DNA from: an uncultured Spirochaetota bacterium
GTDB lineage: Bacteria > Spirochaetota > Spirochaetia > SZUA-6 > Fen-1364
NCBI GenBank assembly: GCA_963845325.1
Contig: CAWJRT010000001.1
Span: 128,486-192,485, forward strand
DNA: 64,000 nt
Reading direction: 5' to 3'
Part shown: positions 10,568-20,958 of the stretch, piece after piece
Position numbering within the stretch: the first letter of the stretch is position 1
Layout: each line of letters opens with the position of its first letter
Translations under genes and position numbers: made by a program
Notes under the pieces: model-generated
Told to the model about the DNA's origin: nothing
The model's input: only the letters and a program-made list of their open reading frames with translations
The model's database searches: none

Positions 10568-11726
10568 GTGCGCGTGCGCGTCTTCCTTCTCCTCGCTTGT
10601 GTCCTGGCGGTGGCAGCCTGCCAGCCGTCGAAGGGCGCGAAGATCAAGATCGGCCTTTCATTCGCGGACTTCGCCACGGAGCGCTGGCCGAACGAGGCCG
10701 TTCTGCTGACCAAGCTCGGCTACGACAAGGGCGCCCAGGTCATCTTCCAGGTCGCCAACCACGACGAGAAGCTGCAGAACGACCAGATCAGAAAACATGG
10801 TCCTCCAGGGCGTCAAGGCGCTGATCATCGTCGCGGAGAACGGCGACCACGGCCGCCGCGGCGGCCGCGGCGCGCACGACGCGGGCGTGAAAGTCATCGC
10901 GTATGACCGCCTGATCAAGACGCCGAAGATCGACGCCTACATCTCCTTCGACAACGTCGAAGTGGGACGCGCCCAGGCGCGGGGCGTCCTGGCGGCCAGG
11001 AACAACGGGAACTTCGTCCTCCTCGGCGGAAGCCCGACGGACAACAATGCGCTCCTGCTCCGGACCGGGCAGATGGAGATCCTGAAGCCGCTCATCGACA
11101 GCGGCACGGATCAGGATCGTGGCCGACCAGTGGGTGGACAACTGGGAGGCGGTCGAATGCGACCAGGATCATGGAGGATATCCTCGCCGCGCAGAAGAAC
11201 AAGGTGGACGCGGTCGTGGCCTCGAATGACGGCACCGCGCTCGGCGCCCTCCAGGCGATGGAGGTCCAGGGCCTCGCGGGCAAGGTTCCCATCTCCGGCC
11301 AGGACGCCTCGGCGGCGGGCAGCGAATCCATCGTGGAGGGCGGTCTCACCGTCACCGTGTTCAAGGACATCCGCAAGCTGTCGCCCCTGGCCATCCAGCT
11401 GGCCCTCGACCTCGTGAACGGCGTGAAGACCGGTCCCGTGGCCGATCTGAAGATGTTCAACCTCGCCGACCTTGCGCTGAACGAGCAAGCTCACCGGCGA
11501 GGTGCCCTGCTACTTCCTCAAGGTCGTCCCGGTGGACAAGAACAACCTGTACGAGGAGGTGATCAAGTCGGGCTTCCAGAAGTACGACGACGTCTACAGG
11601 GACATCCCCGAGAAGCAAGCGGCCCCCGAAGGATTGAAGAGGATCCGCGCCGCCCCGCAGATGCCGGCGTGCGAGCAGGCGCTCGGGGCAGCGCGGCTTA
11701 CCGCGCCAGGCCCGGTCAGCACGTAG
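10568..11726 (+). pseudogene. xylF: XylF-like D-xylose/pentose-binding periplasmic lipoprotein with no adjacent transporter genes; at least 3 frame breaks
   Basis: The lipoprotein signal is MRVRVFLLLACVLAVAAC. KIGLSFADFATERW, NDQI..MVLQGVKALIIVAENGD, GVKVIAYDRLI, IDAYISFDNVEVG, GGSPTDNNA, GQMEILKPLIDSG, KIVADQWVDNWE, VDAVVASNDGTA and ISGQDA are colinear with E. coli XylF as I remember it. Confidence 0.8.
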
Positions 11727-13324
11727 GCCTCCAGCACGACGATTCCCCCGATGATGAGGGTCATGGCGAGGCTGTGGCCCACGGCTGAGCGGAACAACCA
11801 GCCCTCCTGGCCTTCCAGGTGCGCCGAGGCGGTGGCCACGGCAATGCTCTGCGGAGAGACCATCTTGCCCGCCACGCCTCCGGATGCGTTGGCCGCAACC
11901 ATGAGCGCGGGATTCAGCCCGAGGCGCTCGGCCGTTGTGCGCTGCAGCGACCCAAAAAGGGCGTTCGACGATGTGTCGGAGCCGGTGACCAGGACTCCCA
12001 GCCAGCCGAGGAACGGGGAGAACAGCGGGAACAGAACGCCCGTGGTGGCAAGCGCGCTCCCGAGGGTGACGCTCATTCCCGATGCAGTTCATCATGAACG
12101 CGGTTGCCAGGACAAGGCAGACGGTCAGGATCGTTCCGGTGAGGCTGCGAATAGTCTGCCCAAGACAGGCAAGCGCCTTGCGAAGCCCGACACCGGGCAG
12201 GACGAACGACGGAAGCAACCGCGGCAAGAAAGATGGCGGTGCCCGGGGTCGATGCGAGTGCCAGCGTGAACTTCACGCCGGGGAGGCCGGGCCAGGGAAA
12301 CCGAATGTCTCCATGGCGGAGGAGGGGAACGAGCGGACCCAGGCTCCAGAGCAGCACCAGCACCGACATCAGAAGGTAGGGCAGCCACGCCCGCAGGGTT
12401 GCCAGCGCCGATCCCCTCGCACCGGTTCCAGTGACGCAGCGCCGCGGTCCCGGGAACGGGGCGCGCCTCCGCCCGGGAAATCCCACGTGGTGCGCGGTTT
12501 CCAGATCTTCAGGAAGAGCCACAGCCCGGCAAGTGTCACGATCCCCGAAAGGATTCCTGCGGTCCAGGGCCCGCTGAACTGGGAAATGAGAAGCTGCGTC
12601 AGCGCCATGAGCAGCCCGGCCACGAGCAGGGCTGGAAGCACTTCCGATGCTGCGCTTCCAGCCGCACAGGACGACCGTCGAGCCAGAAAGGCACGATGAA
12701 GGAAAGCAGGGGAACCTGGTGGCCGATGATCCTGCCGAGGGTGACCACGTCAATCCCGCTGACGCCCGCGGCCACCGCCACGGGAATTCCCGCGGCCGCG
12801 AACGCTACGGGCGAGCTGTTGGCAATCAGGCACAGGAGCGCGGCCGCGCGCGTCTCGAATCCGAGGCTCACCAGCATGGCGGCCGATATTGCCACGGGCG
12901 TCCCGAACCCGGCCGCGCCCTCGAGAAATGCGCCGAAAGCAAACGCGATGAACAGCGCCTGGAGGCGGCGGTCACGCGTGATGGAGGCAAGCGAGCTGCG
13001 GATCACTTCGAACTGCCCCGAGGCGACGGCGAGGGAATGAACCCAGAGTGCGGAGACGACGATCCAGATGATTGGAAACAGCGCGGTCGCTGCGCCCTCA
13101 ATCCCGGCGGAAACCGCGGCTCCTGCCGGCATGCCCCACACTGCCACTGCGGCCGCGAACGCAGCCGCGGTGGCGGCGAAGGCCGGCGACCAGCCGGGCA
13201 GCCGGCCCCAGGCCAGAAGGCCGAAGAGCACCGCCAGGGGGATCGCGGCGGCGAGTGCTGACAGACCGATGCTCCCCAGGGGAGCGATGGCCGGTGACCA
13301 GGGCATGCCTGCAAAAGTAAGCAT
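11594..13324 (-). pseudogene. lctP: L-lactate permease (LctP/LldP family) with multiple frame breaks
   Basis: ATG at 13324-13322 gives MLTFAGMPWSP... FGAFLEGAAGFGTPVAISAAMLVSLGF is in ORF 12599-13642. LISQFSGPW is in ORF 12369-12641. [40 protein letters not shown] is in ORF 11594-12076. Confidence 0.8.
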
Positions 13325-13364
13325 GCCTGCCGTCGGTGTCCAGCCGCGAGCGGCGGAGACTATG

Positions 13365-14238
13365 TCATCGGCGCGGCGCGGGGGAGAGGAGGATATGGCC
13401 GGGAAGGTCTGCCAGGGTGACAGACGCGTCGTTGCGCGGAAGCTCTGAGAGGAATGACTCGGTGTCCCGGCGGCACTCCTCGGCCCTGGCCGCCAGGCGC
13501 GGGCGGTCCGTGAAGGCGGCATCGCCGTCGGCAAGGTCGTCCGCGATCTGGAAGAGCAGCCCGAGGGCGCGGCCGTAGCCGGCCATGTGCCTCCACCGCG
13601 GACTCTGCCGCACCGTTCAGCAGCGCCCCTGCGCGGCAGCATGCGGACACCAGGTCGGCAGTCTTCGTTTCCGTGACATGCAGATATGTCTCGAAGTCAG
13701 GCTCTGCCCCTTCCGAACGCATCTGCTCCTCCAGTATTTCGCCCTCGCACATCCGCGCGGTGACGCCGAGAAACATCTCCAGCAGCCGTACGCGAAGCCC
13801 GGGCCCGGTGCCCGGAAGGACGGCTATTTCCTGGAAGAATCGGGAGTAGAACAGGTCTCCGATGAGAACTGCCGTCGTTTCGCCGAACGCGACGTGCAGG
13901 CTCGGCACGCCGCGCCGCCGGTCAGAGCCATCCACCATGTCGTCGTGGGCAAGTGAGGCGGTGTGGATCAGCTCCACGGCGGCCGCGGCGCGGATTACCG
14001 CGGGGGAAGACTCGGACCCGAGCTCCCCGACGGCGCGCGCGGCAAGCAGGACAAGGAGCGGGCGCAGGAGCTTTCCCCCGGAGAGGAAGAGGTGGCGGAC
14101 GGGCGGCTCCACGTACCGGGCGTACAGTTCAGGAACCACCCTGTTCCGCGCGATCGCGGTCAGAAGCTCGTCCAGCCTCTGCCCGGTCTGCTCGAATTCC
14201 ACCCGGATGGGTCCGGCAAATCGCTCCAACCCGCTCAT
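13365..14238 (-). pseudogene. Polyprenyl diphosphate synthase (trans-isoprenyl diphosphate synthase family) with one frame break near 13600
   Basis: The first Asp-rich motif is LIHTASLAHDDMVDGSDRRRG. The second, FQIADDLAD, lies in the alternate frame (ORF 13365-13613). Confidence 0.8.
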
Positions 14239-14256
14239 CGGTGCTCCTGAAGACGG

Positions 14257-14820
14257 CTACTTCGGCACCCACTTGGCGAACGCTTCAATGTGCGCCCAGT
14301 AGGCAGGAAAGCCGACCAGGATCCAGATCAGTGCGCTCACCAGCGCACCCAGGGCGACGAGGAGCCTGAGCCATTTCATTTTCGGCCAGGCCAGGGCGGG
14401 CAGGGTCAGGATGGCCGTGGCTCCGGTGATGATGAAGCCGGCCGCCGCGACCAGGGGCTCCGAGGTGAGGTTCAGGTTGAGAATCCTGATCCCGAGGAGG
14501 ACCGATACCGCTCCGCCGAACAGCGCGTAGATCCCGATCGTGATGAGGTCCCACCCGAATGCAACCGCGAGACCTGCCATGAACAGGAACCCGCCGAACA
14601 GGACGCTCAGCTCGCCGTAGATGATGTTGTACGGACCGGGGAGCGGCCAGTTGAAGACCATGCGGAAGCCGGCAATCAGGGCGATCGCTCCGGTGAGCAG
14701 GAAACCGGGGATGATCTTCTTCGGCTCCTTCTCGATGAACCTCCCCATGAACAGCGCGTGCAGCACCAGGGCCACCATCATGTTGACAAGGAGCAGGCTC
14801 AACCAGTCGATGAAAACCAT
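14257..14820 (-). CDS. Integral membrane protein, DUF981-like
   Basis: Intact 187-aa ORF with about 6 hydrophobic helices (..NWPLPGPYNIIYGELSVLFGG..). The family name comes from memory only. Confidence 0.5.
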   Translation of the reverse strand: MVFIDWLSLLLVNMMVALVLHALFMGRFIEKEPKKIIPGFLLTGAIALIAGFRMVFNWPLPGPYNIIYGELSVLFGGFLFMAGLAVAFGWDLITIGIYALFGGAVSVLLGIRILNLNLTSEPLVAAAGFIITGATAILTLPALAWPKMKWLRLLVALGALVSALIWILVGFPAYWAHIEAFAKWVPK

Positions 14821-14968
14821 GCGACACCTCCTGTGCCCTTTCGGGCGGGTTTCGATCCGGGCGCGTCAGGCCGGTCTTCCCGTTGTGGCGGACACAAGTC
14901 AAGTATGATGTCGGGCACCGGCAATTAAATAGTAGTAAATTACTTGGCATAAGTCATTGGAGGAGAAA

Positions 14969-16051
14969 ATGAACCCGGCGATGTGGAAAAAGGCGCTTCG
15001 AGTGATTCCGTCGGTTTCGAAGGAAACGTGGGGAACCCTCGACCTGGTCTCGAGATGGCTGATTTCCTCCCGCGCAGCGGTCCTCGTCATGACATTCACG
15101 TCCAGCGCAATCGCGGGCCTGTTTGCGCTGCGCGATGGGGGATTCCGCATCCTGCCGTGGCTGTTCATGACGCTGGGGCTCATGCTCGGCCACGCGTCAA
15201 ACAACCTGTTCAACGACTACACCGACTTCGTCCGCGGTGTGGACAAGGACAACTACTTCCGCACGATGTACGGCCCGCAGCCGGTTGCCCACGGCCTGAT
15301 GACCACACGGCAGCTTCTGGGCTTCTTCGCAGCCACTTTCGCTCTCGTCATCGCCTGCGTGATCATCGTCTTTGCCCTGGACAACTGGGATCCCATGATC
15401 GTCGTGCTTTTCGCAATCGGCGCCGCCTTCGTGCTCCTGTACACGTGGCCCCTGAAATACATCGGGATGGGGGAAATCTCCGTTCTGGCCGTGTGGGGTC
15501 CATTGATGATCGGCGGCGGCTACTATGTCCTCGCGAGGCACTGGAGCTGGCAGGTTGTGTGGGGGAGCGCGCCCTATGTCCTCGGGGTGACGACCGTCAT
15601 CCTTGGCAAGCATATCGACAAGCTCAGCATGGACCGTGAGAAGCACATCCGGACGCTTCCCGTGCTGATCGGTGAGGCTGCGGCGCGCTGGCTCGTGGTG
15701 GCGGCGCTCCTTGCCCCGTACCTCATCATCGGGTACCTGGTGATTGCCCGCTATTTCACTCCCGCCCTTGCCGTGGTGCTCCTGGCTCTGCCCGCGCTGG
15801 TGAGAGAGCTTCCCGCATTCTTCCTGCCAAAACCCGGGTCACGCCCCGAGGGTTTTCCGGAAGGGGAGGGCGGCTGGCCGCTGTATTTCGCGCCGAAGGC
15901 CTTCGTGTACACGCGGGCTTTCGGCACGTGGTTCCTTGCCGGGCTCGATTGCGGAAGTCCTTCTGCGCCTCTTCCTGCCGGGATTCTGGCGGTAGTGAGG
16001 CAGCGTCCGCCGGCCAGGATAATCTTGACAATTTCAGTCGACTATATATAG
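14969..16051 (+). CDS. UbiA-superfamily prenyltransferase, MenA-like (1,4-dihydroxy-2-naphthoate polyprenyltransferase family)
   Basis: ATG at 14969 follows GGAGGAG. The Asp-rich motif NNLFNDYTDFVRGVD matches the MenA NDYxDxxxGxD motif. The product is polytopic. Confidence 0.7.
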   Translation: MNPAMWKKALRVIPSVSKETWGTLDLVSRWLISSRAAVLVMTFTSSAIAGLFALRDGGFRILPWLFMTLGLMLGHASNNLFNDYTDFVRGVDKDNYFRTMYGPQPVAHGLMTTRQLLGFFAATFALVIACVIIVFALDNWDPMIVVLFAIGAAFVLLYTWPLKYIGMGEISVLAVWGPLMIGGGYYVLARHWSWQVVWGSAPYVLGVTTVILGKHIDKLSMDREKHIRTLPVLIGEAAARWLVVAALLAPYLIIGYLVIARYFTPALAVVLLALPALVRELPAFFLPKPGSRPEGFPEGEGGWPLYFAPKAFVYTRAFGTWFLAGLDCGSPSAPLPAGILAVVRQRPPARIILTISVDYI

Positions 16052-16084
16052 ACTGCGGCATCCAAGCCCGACGGAGGTACCTGA

Positions 16085-16438
16085 GTGGAATACGGAACGA
16101 TCCTTGCGTTCCTCGCCGTCGCACTGCTGTTGGGCGCCAGCGCGCTCGGGGTGAACCGGCTGCTCATGCCGTTCCGGCCCAACCCGGTGAAGAATGCCAC
16201 CTACGAATGCGGCAATGAGCCGTTCGGAAACGCACAGATCCGCTACAACGTCCGCTTCTACATCTTCGCCCTGCTGTACGTGGTCTTTGCCGTCGAGGCT
16301 GCATTCCTCTTCCCCTGGGCCGTGGTCTATCGACAGATCGAGGGGATGCTCCCGCTGGCCGAAGCAGTCATATTCCTCGGCATCCTCATCCTGGCCCTTG
16401 CCTATGCGTGGCGCAAGGGAGCCCTGAAATGGGATTGA
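16085..16438 (+). CDS. nuoA: NADH-quinone oxidoreductase subunit A
   Basis: 117 aa, with GTG at 16085 after GGAGG. Recognised from YECGNEPFG and FLFPWA. Confidence 0.9.
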   Translation: MEYGTILAFLAVALLLGASALGVNRLLMPFRPNPVKNATYECGNEPFGNAQIRYNVRFYIFALLYVVFAVEAAFLFPWAVVYRQIEGMLPLAEAVIFLGILILALAYAWRKGALKWD

Positions 16439-16974
16439 TGAACGGGCTGGATCCGCACGATTTCGTCCTGAGGATGCCCGGCGGGAATGTCCTTGTCTCT
16501 TCACTGGATGCGGCGATCAACGCGTCGAGGAGCAATTCCCTGTGGACGCTGACGTTCGGGCTTGCCTGCTGTGCCATCGAGATGATGGCGGCGGGCGCGG
16601 CGACCTACGACTGGGCACGGTTCGGTTTCGAGGTTCCGTCCGCGTCCCCCCGTCGTGCGGACATGATGATCGTGGCCGGCACGGTGGTCCGCAAGATGGT
16701 GCCCATCATCAAGACGCTGTATGAGCAGATGCCGGACCCGAAATATGTCGTTGCAATGGGAGGATGCGCCATCTCGGGCGGACCGTACGTGTACGACTCC
16801 TACACGATCGTGCGCGGCGTGGAAGAAATCGTGCCCGTTGACATCTACATCCCCGGCTGCCCGCCCCGGCCCGAGGCCCTGCTGCACGGGCTGATCAGCC
16901 TGCAGGAGCGGATCCGCGGCCAGTCAATGCGGAAAATGCCACCGGGTACTGCGGCCGAGAATCATCCGGCATGA
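16429..16974 (+). CDS. nuoB: NADH-quinone oxidoreductase subunit B
   Basis: Recognised from [22 protein letters not shown] and [10 protein letters not shown]. It overlaps the nuoA stop. Confidence 0.9.
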   Translation: MGLMNGLDPHDFVLRMPGGNVLVSSLDAAINASRSNSLWTLTFGLACCAIEMMAAGAATYDWARFGFEVPSASPRRADMMIVAGTVVRKMVPIIKTLYEQMPDPKYVVAMGGCAISGGPYVYDSYTIVRGVEEIVPVDIYIPGCPPRPEALLHGLISLQERIRGQSMRKMPPGTAAENHPA

Positions 16975-17438
16975 GCGCAGAAGACACCCTTGCCGCCCTG
17001 CGGGCGACGGTTTCCCGGCCTGGAATACCGGCCCGTGGACCCGGCGCCCAGCGTGACCGTGGAGCCCGGTGCGCTGAGGGATCACCTTGTGTTTTTCCAC
17101 GACCAGCTTGCTTTCGACTTCCTCGTGTTCATGACCGCCCTGGACCGGCCGGCGGAAGCTGTCCTGGAGGTCGTCTACCGGTTGTTCTCCCGGGAATCGC
17201 GATCGTCCGTGGTGGTGAGGGTCCGGCTGCCGCAGAGACAATGCGCGGATCCCGACCGTGTCAGACATGTTCCGCACGGCGGAATGGCACGAGACGGGAG
17301 ACCGCGGAGCTGTTCGGCATCGTGTTCGATGGCCATCCTGACCCCCGACGGCTCCTGCTTCCCGACGACCTTGAAGGATTTCCACTCCGAAAGGATTTCA
17401 CGCACCCCAATCTCGTCAGGCTGCCCGAGGTTCCCTGA
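16971..17438 (+). pseudogene. nuoC: NADH-quinone oxidoreductase subunit C; the reading frame changes at least three times
   Basis: The ATGA start overlaps the nuoB stop. The pieces are [14 protein letters not shown] (frame 0), [42 protein letters not shown] (frame 1), [12 protein letters not shown] (frame 2) and [24 protein letters not shown] (frame 0). Confidence 0.85.
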
Positions 17439-18552
17439 TGGAAGCGCCGTCGCCCCCGACGACCTCGGACGAGTTCCTGCTGAACGTCGGACCGCAGCAT
17501 CCCGCAACGCACGGCGTGCTGCGGGTCGTGGTCACGATGGACGGGGAGGTGGTGAAGGACCTGGTGCCGCACATCGGCTACGTCCACCGGGGCCTGGAGA
17601 AACTTTTCGAGAACCGCACATACGAACAGATCATCCCGTTCACCGACCGCACCGATTACCTGTCTGCCATAGCCAACAATTTCGCTTATGTCATGGGCGT
17701 GGAGAAGCTTCTTGGGCTGGAAGTGCCGAGGAAGGTGGAGTACATCCGCGTCCTGATGGCGGAGCTGAACCGGATTGCAAGCCACCTCCTCTGGCTGGCG
17801 GCGTACGGGCTGGACATGGGGGCATTGACGCCGTTCCTGTATGCCTTCCGCGACAGGGAAGAGATCAACGTGATGATCGAAGAAGCCTCCGGGGGCGGCT
17901 CACCACCAACTACTTCCGTGTCGGAGGGTTCGTCCACGACCTCCCGAGGGAGTTCTTCCCGCGCCTGAAGAAGTTCATTGCCCGGTTCGGCAGCGCCGTC
18001 GACGAGCTGGACACCCTCCTCGTGGAAAATGCCATCTTCATGGCCCGCACGAGAGGGGTCGGCGTCATTGGACGGGAAAGGGCCGTCTCCTACGGGATGA
18101 CCGGCCCCTGCCTTCGCGCATCGGACGCGCCGTTCGATGTCAGGCGTGACATCCCGTATTCGATCTACGGGTCCTTCGCGTTCGAGATTCCGATCGGGAG
18201 AAACGGCGACACCTGGGACAGGTCATGGGTCCGGATCGAGGAGATGCGGCAGTCACTGGCCATTCTGCGCCAGGCCATGGACGGGTTTCCCGAGGGCGAC
18301 CACCGGGCCCGCGCGCCGAGAAACATCGAGCCGCCGGCCGGGGAAGTCTACTCCGCCGTGGAAGGCCCCCGCGGCGAGGTCGGCTTCTATATCGTCAGCG
18401 ACGGCACCCGAAAACCGTACCGCGTGAAGATGCGGAAGCCCAGCTTCTCCAATTTCAGTGCTCTCCCCGAGATCCTCCGGGGCCTGAAGATCGCCGACCT
18501 CGTGGCAGTGATGGGCAGCCTTGACCTCGTGGTGCCGGAGATCGACAGGTGA
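17438..18552 (+). pseudogene. nuoD: NADH-quinone oxidoreductase subunit D; one frame break at the G-run near 17893
   Basis: LNVGPQHPATHGVLR and IGYVHRGLEK are in ORF 17438. After ccgggggcgg, the sequence LTTNYFRVGG..EGPRGEVGFYIVSDG..MGSLDLVVPEIDR continues in the frame of ORF 16990. Confidence 0.9.
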
Positions 18553-18618
18553 AGTTCCTGTACGACCTGTTCTACAACACCGACGTCGTTTTCGAAGGCT
18601 GGCGCACGGCAGCTCACC

Positions 18619-19602
18619 ATGTCCTGGGCCGCCCGAGGCTGGCCGGCGGTGATCCTGGACGCGCTCCTCCAGCTGGGCTGGGCTGCCGCTGCTGCGGTGT
18701 TCCTCGCGCTGAACGCGCTTTTCATCATCTGGTTCGAGCGCAAGGTCGCCGCGCGCATGCAGCTGCGCCGTGGGCCCAACCGCGTGGGACCCTGGGGTCT
18801 CCTGCAGACGCTGGCCGATACGGGGAAGCTGCTCATCAAGGAAGACATCATTCCCGACGCGGCTGATCGGGCAGTGTTTCGAGCGGCCCCGATCCTCGTG
18901 CTGGTGTCCACGTTCCTGCTGTTCGTCGTGCTGCCCTTCGGCAAGGGGCTGGTGCCGGCGGACCTCAACGTCGGCCTCGTCTACTTCCTGGCCATCGGGG
19001 GATTGTCGGTGATCGGCATCATGGCGGGCGGCTGGGCCTCGAACAACAAGTACTCCCTCATGGGCGGAATGCGCTCGGCAGCGCAGATCGTCAGCTACGA
19101 GGTCCCCGCCGTGCTCACCGTGTTGTCCGTTGCCCTGCTGGCCGGGTCCCTGCGCCTGGGAGACATCGTGAAGGCGCAGCCCGCGTTCGGCTACGTGCTG
19201 CTGCAGCCGGTCGGGTTCGTGCTTTTCCTCATCGCCTCAAATGCGGAGATCAACCGGGGGCCGTTCGACCTGCCGGAGTCCGATTCCGAGCTGGTCTCGG
19301 GCTTCGTTACCGAGTACAGCGCCATGCGGTTCGCCATCTTCTTCCTCGCCGAGTACACCAACCTTTTCCTTGCCGGCGCCTTTGCCGCCACGCTGTTCCT
19401 CGGCGGATGGCGCGGCCCGATCCTGCCGCCGGTGGCGTGGTTTCTTCTGAAGAGCTACGTCGTGGTGTTCATTCTCATCTGGGTCCGCTGGACATACCCG
19501 CGGCTGCGCGTGGATCACCTGATGGCATTCTCCTGGAAGGTGCTCCTGCCGCTGGCGCTGCTGAACCTCCTGGTCACGGCAGTCCTGGTGAAGGTGCTCT
19601 GA
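18619..19602 (+). CDS. nuoH: NADH-quinone oxidoreductase subunit H
   Basis: Intact 327-aa ORF with FERKVAARMQLRRGPNRVGPWGLLQTLADTGKLLIKED. A 66-nt gap follows nuoD; see the rejected note on 18549. Confidence 0.9.
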   Translation: MSWAARGWPAVILDALLQLGWAAAAAVFLALNALFIIWFERKVAARMQLRRGPNRVGPWGLLQTLADTGKLLIKEDIIPDAADRAVFRAAPILVLVSTFLLFVVLPFGKGLVPADLNVGLVYFLAIGGLSVIGIMAGGWASNNKYSLMGGMRSAAQIVSYEVPAVLTVLSVALLAGSLRLGDIVKAQPAFGYVLLQPVGFVLFLIASNAEINRGPFDLPESDSELVSGFVTEYSAMRFAIFFLAEYTNLFLAGAFAATLFLGGWRGPILPPVAWFLLKSYVVVFILIWVRWTYPRLRVDHLMAFSWKVLLPLALLNLLVTAVLVKVL

Positions 19603-20114
19603 TGTACGCTCCCCCGACGCACGGCATGGTCCGCCAGGTCCTCTCCGGCATCGCCTCACTGGGCAGGGGGTTGTGGATCACATTTGCCTACATGTTCCGC
19701 AAACCCATCACCGTGCAGTATCCCGAGAAGCGCGTTGTCCTGCCCCTGCGGTTCCGTGGACGGCTGGTGATGCCCATCGACCAGGAGAAGGGAACAAACC
19801 GGTGCACCGCCTGCATGCGGTGCGTGAAGACGTGTCCCAACCACTCCATCGACATCGAGAAGGCCACCGGCCCGGACGGCGCGCCCCTGGCAAAACCGGC
19901 GAAGTACCTGTACAACCTCGGCACCTGCATGTTCTGCAATCTCTGCGTGGAGGTCTGCCCGTTCTTTGCCCTGGTGATGAGCGACGAGCACGAGATGGCC
20001 ACGACTGACAAGTCCCGGCTGGTGCTGGACCTCGTGGCGGAAAAGCACCGACTCACGGGGAAGAAGGCGCTGTGGTGGCAGAAGAAGTTCCGCGGCACCG
20101 AGGAGGCACGGTAG
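19602..20114 (+). CDS. nuoI: NADH-quinone oxidoreductase subunit I (2x[4Fe-4S])
   Basis: The ATG overlaps the nuoH TGA. The two cluster motifs are CTACMRCVKTCP and CMFCNLCVEVCP. Confidence 0.9.
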   Translation: MYAPPTHGMVRQVLSGIASLGRGLWITFAYMFRKPITVQYPEKRVVLPLRFRGRLVMPIDQEKGTNRCTACMRCVKTCPNHSIDIEKATGPDGAPLAKPAKYLYNLGTCMFCNLCVEVCPFFALVMSDEHEMATTDKSRLVLDLVAEKHRLTGKKALWWQKKFRGTEEAR

Positions 20115-20116
20115 GC

Positions 20117-20641
20117 ATGGCCGAAGGCATTCTCTTCTACGCGCTTGCGGCCCTTCTCCTTCTCAGCGCCGGCCTCGTGGTGACGGTGAGGAACATCTTT
20201 CACGCGGCGCTCTGGCTTGCCGTTGCGCTGTTCGTGGTGGCTGCCCTGTACGTCATGCTGGGTGCGTATTTTCTCGCGGCGATCCAGGTCCTCATCTACA
20301 TCGGGGCGGTCGTGGTGCTTGCCATCTTCGTCATCAACCTGACGCGGACCGTGACCGGCTCCCCCGTTACGCTCAGCCGCCGATGGGTTGTCCCCGCCGC
20401 GCTCGTCTCCGCGCTTACCGCGTGCCTCATCGTGGTTGCGCTGCTGAAATCGGCAGGCCCCGGAAGCCCTGCCATGGGCGCCGCGCCAGCAGTGGCGGCG
20501 CCCCAGGACTCCGCGGCCGTGCTCGGCCGTCACCTGCTGGGCGACTACATCATTGCCTTCGAGCTCGTGTCGGTCCTGCTCCTCTCCGCCCTCATCGCGG
20601 CCATTGCAATCGTGGGAAAAGACCGGGAGGACGAAAAGTGA
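20117..20641 (+). CDS. nuoJ: NADH-quinone oxidoreductase subunit J
   Basis: Recognised from MAEGILFYALAALLLLSAG..AIQVLIYIGAVVVL..FELVSVLLLSALIAA. Confidence 0.85.
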   Translation: MAEGILFYALAALLLLSAGLVVTVRNIFHAALWLAVALFVVAALYVMLGAYFLAAIQVLIYIGAVVVLAIFVINLTRTVTGSPVTLSRRWVVPAALVSALTACLIVVALLKSAGPGSPAMGAAPAVAAPQDSAAVLGRHLLGDYIIAFELVSVLLLSALIAAIAIVGKDREDEK

Positions 20642-20949
20642 CACTGACCCTCACGCACTACCTCGTGCTGGCCGCGCTCCTTTTCTGCCTGGGCATCTAC
20701 GGGGCAATCACGCGGAAGAACGCCATCGGGATCCTCATGGCGCTGGAGCTCGTCTTCAACGGCGTCAATCTCACACTCGTTGCCGCAGGACGCTGGCGAC
20801 CGGCGCCGGATGCAACGGGCCAGCTTTTTGCGCTGTTCGTCATTGCAGCCGCTGCGGCGGAAAGCGTCCTGGGGCTGGCGATCATCCTGGCCATCTATCG
20901 GCGGCGGGGCGTGGTGAATGCCGACGAGATGGATCTCATGAAGAACTGA
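20638..20949 (+). CDS. nuoK: NADH-quinone oxidoreductase subunit K
   Basis: GTGA overlap with nuoJ. Recognised from LTHYLVLAALLFCLGIYG..MALELVFNGVNL..AAAAESVLGLAI. Confidence 0.9.
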   Translation: MTLTLTHYLVLAALLFCLGIYGAITRKNAIGILMALELVFNGVNLTLVAAGRWRPAPDATGQLFALFVIAAAAAESVLGLAIILAIYRRRGVVNADEMDLMKN

Positions 20950-20958
20950 GGAGGAAGG

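Noticed and set aside
10845-10880. GC-only simple repeat ggccgccgcggcggccgcggcgcgc
   Set aside because: It lies inside the XylF-like coding region at a position that is an Ala-rich helix in homologues. It is coding low complexity, not a structured repeat.
11594-11726. About 130-nt convergent overlap between the 3' ends of the XylF-like gene and lctP
   Set aside because: Both gene ends lie in frame-shifted regions. The overlap most likely comes from stop codons lost through indels rather than from genuinely overlapping genes.
14846-14866. tRNA T-arm-like string GGGTTTCGATCCGGG
   Set aside because: The flanking bases do not form a T-stem (GCGGG versus CCGGG). No acceptor or anticodon arms can be drawn.
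14943-14960. Sigma-54-like sequence TTGGCATAAGTCATTGG upstream of the MenA-like gene
   Set aside because: The -12 element is TTGG rather than TTGC and is offset by one base from the canonical GG/GC spacing.
18549-18618. GTG-initiated ORF (VKFLYDLFYNTDVVFEGW..) that overlaps the nuoD stop as GTGA and could be an N-terminal extension of NuoH
   Set aside because: It is out of frame with nuoH, not hydrophobic, and resembles no NuoH N-terminus I know. It may be a chance ORF or may hide another indel, so it is unsupported.
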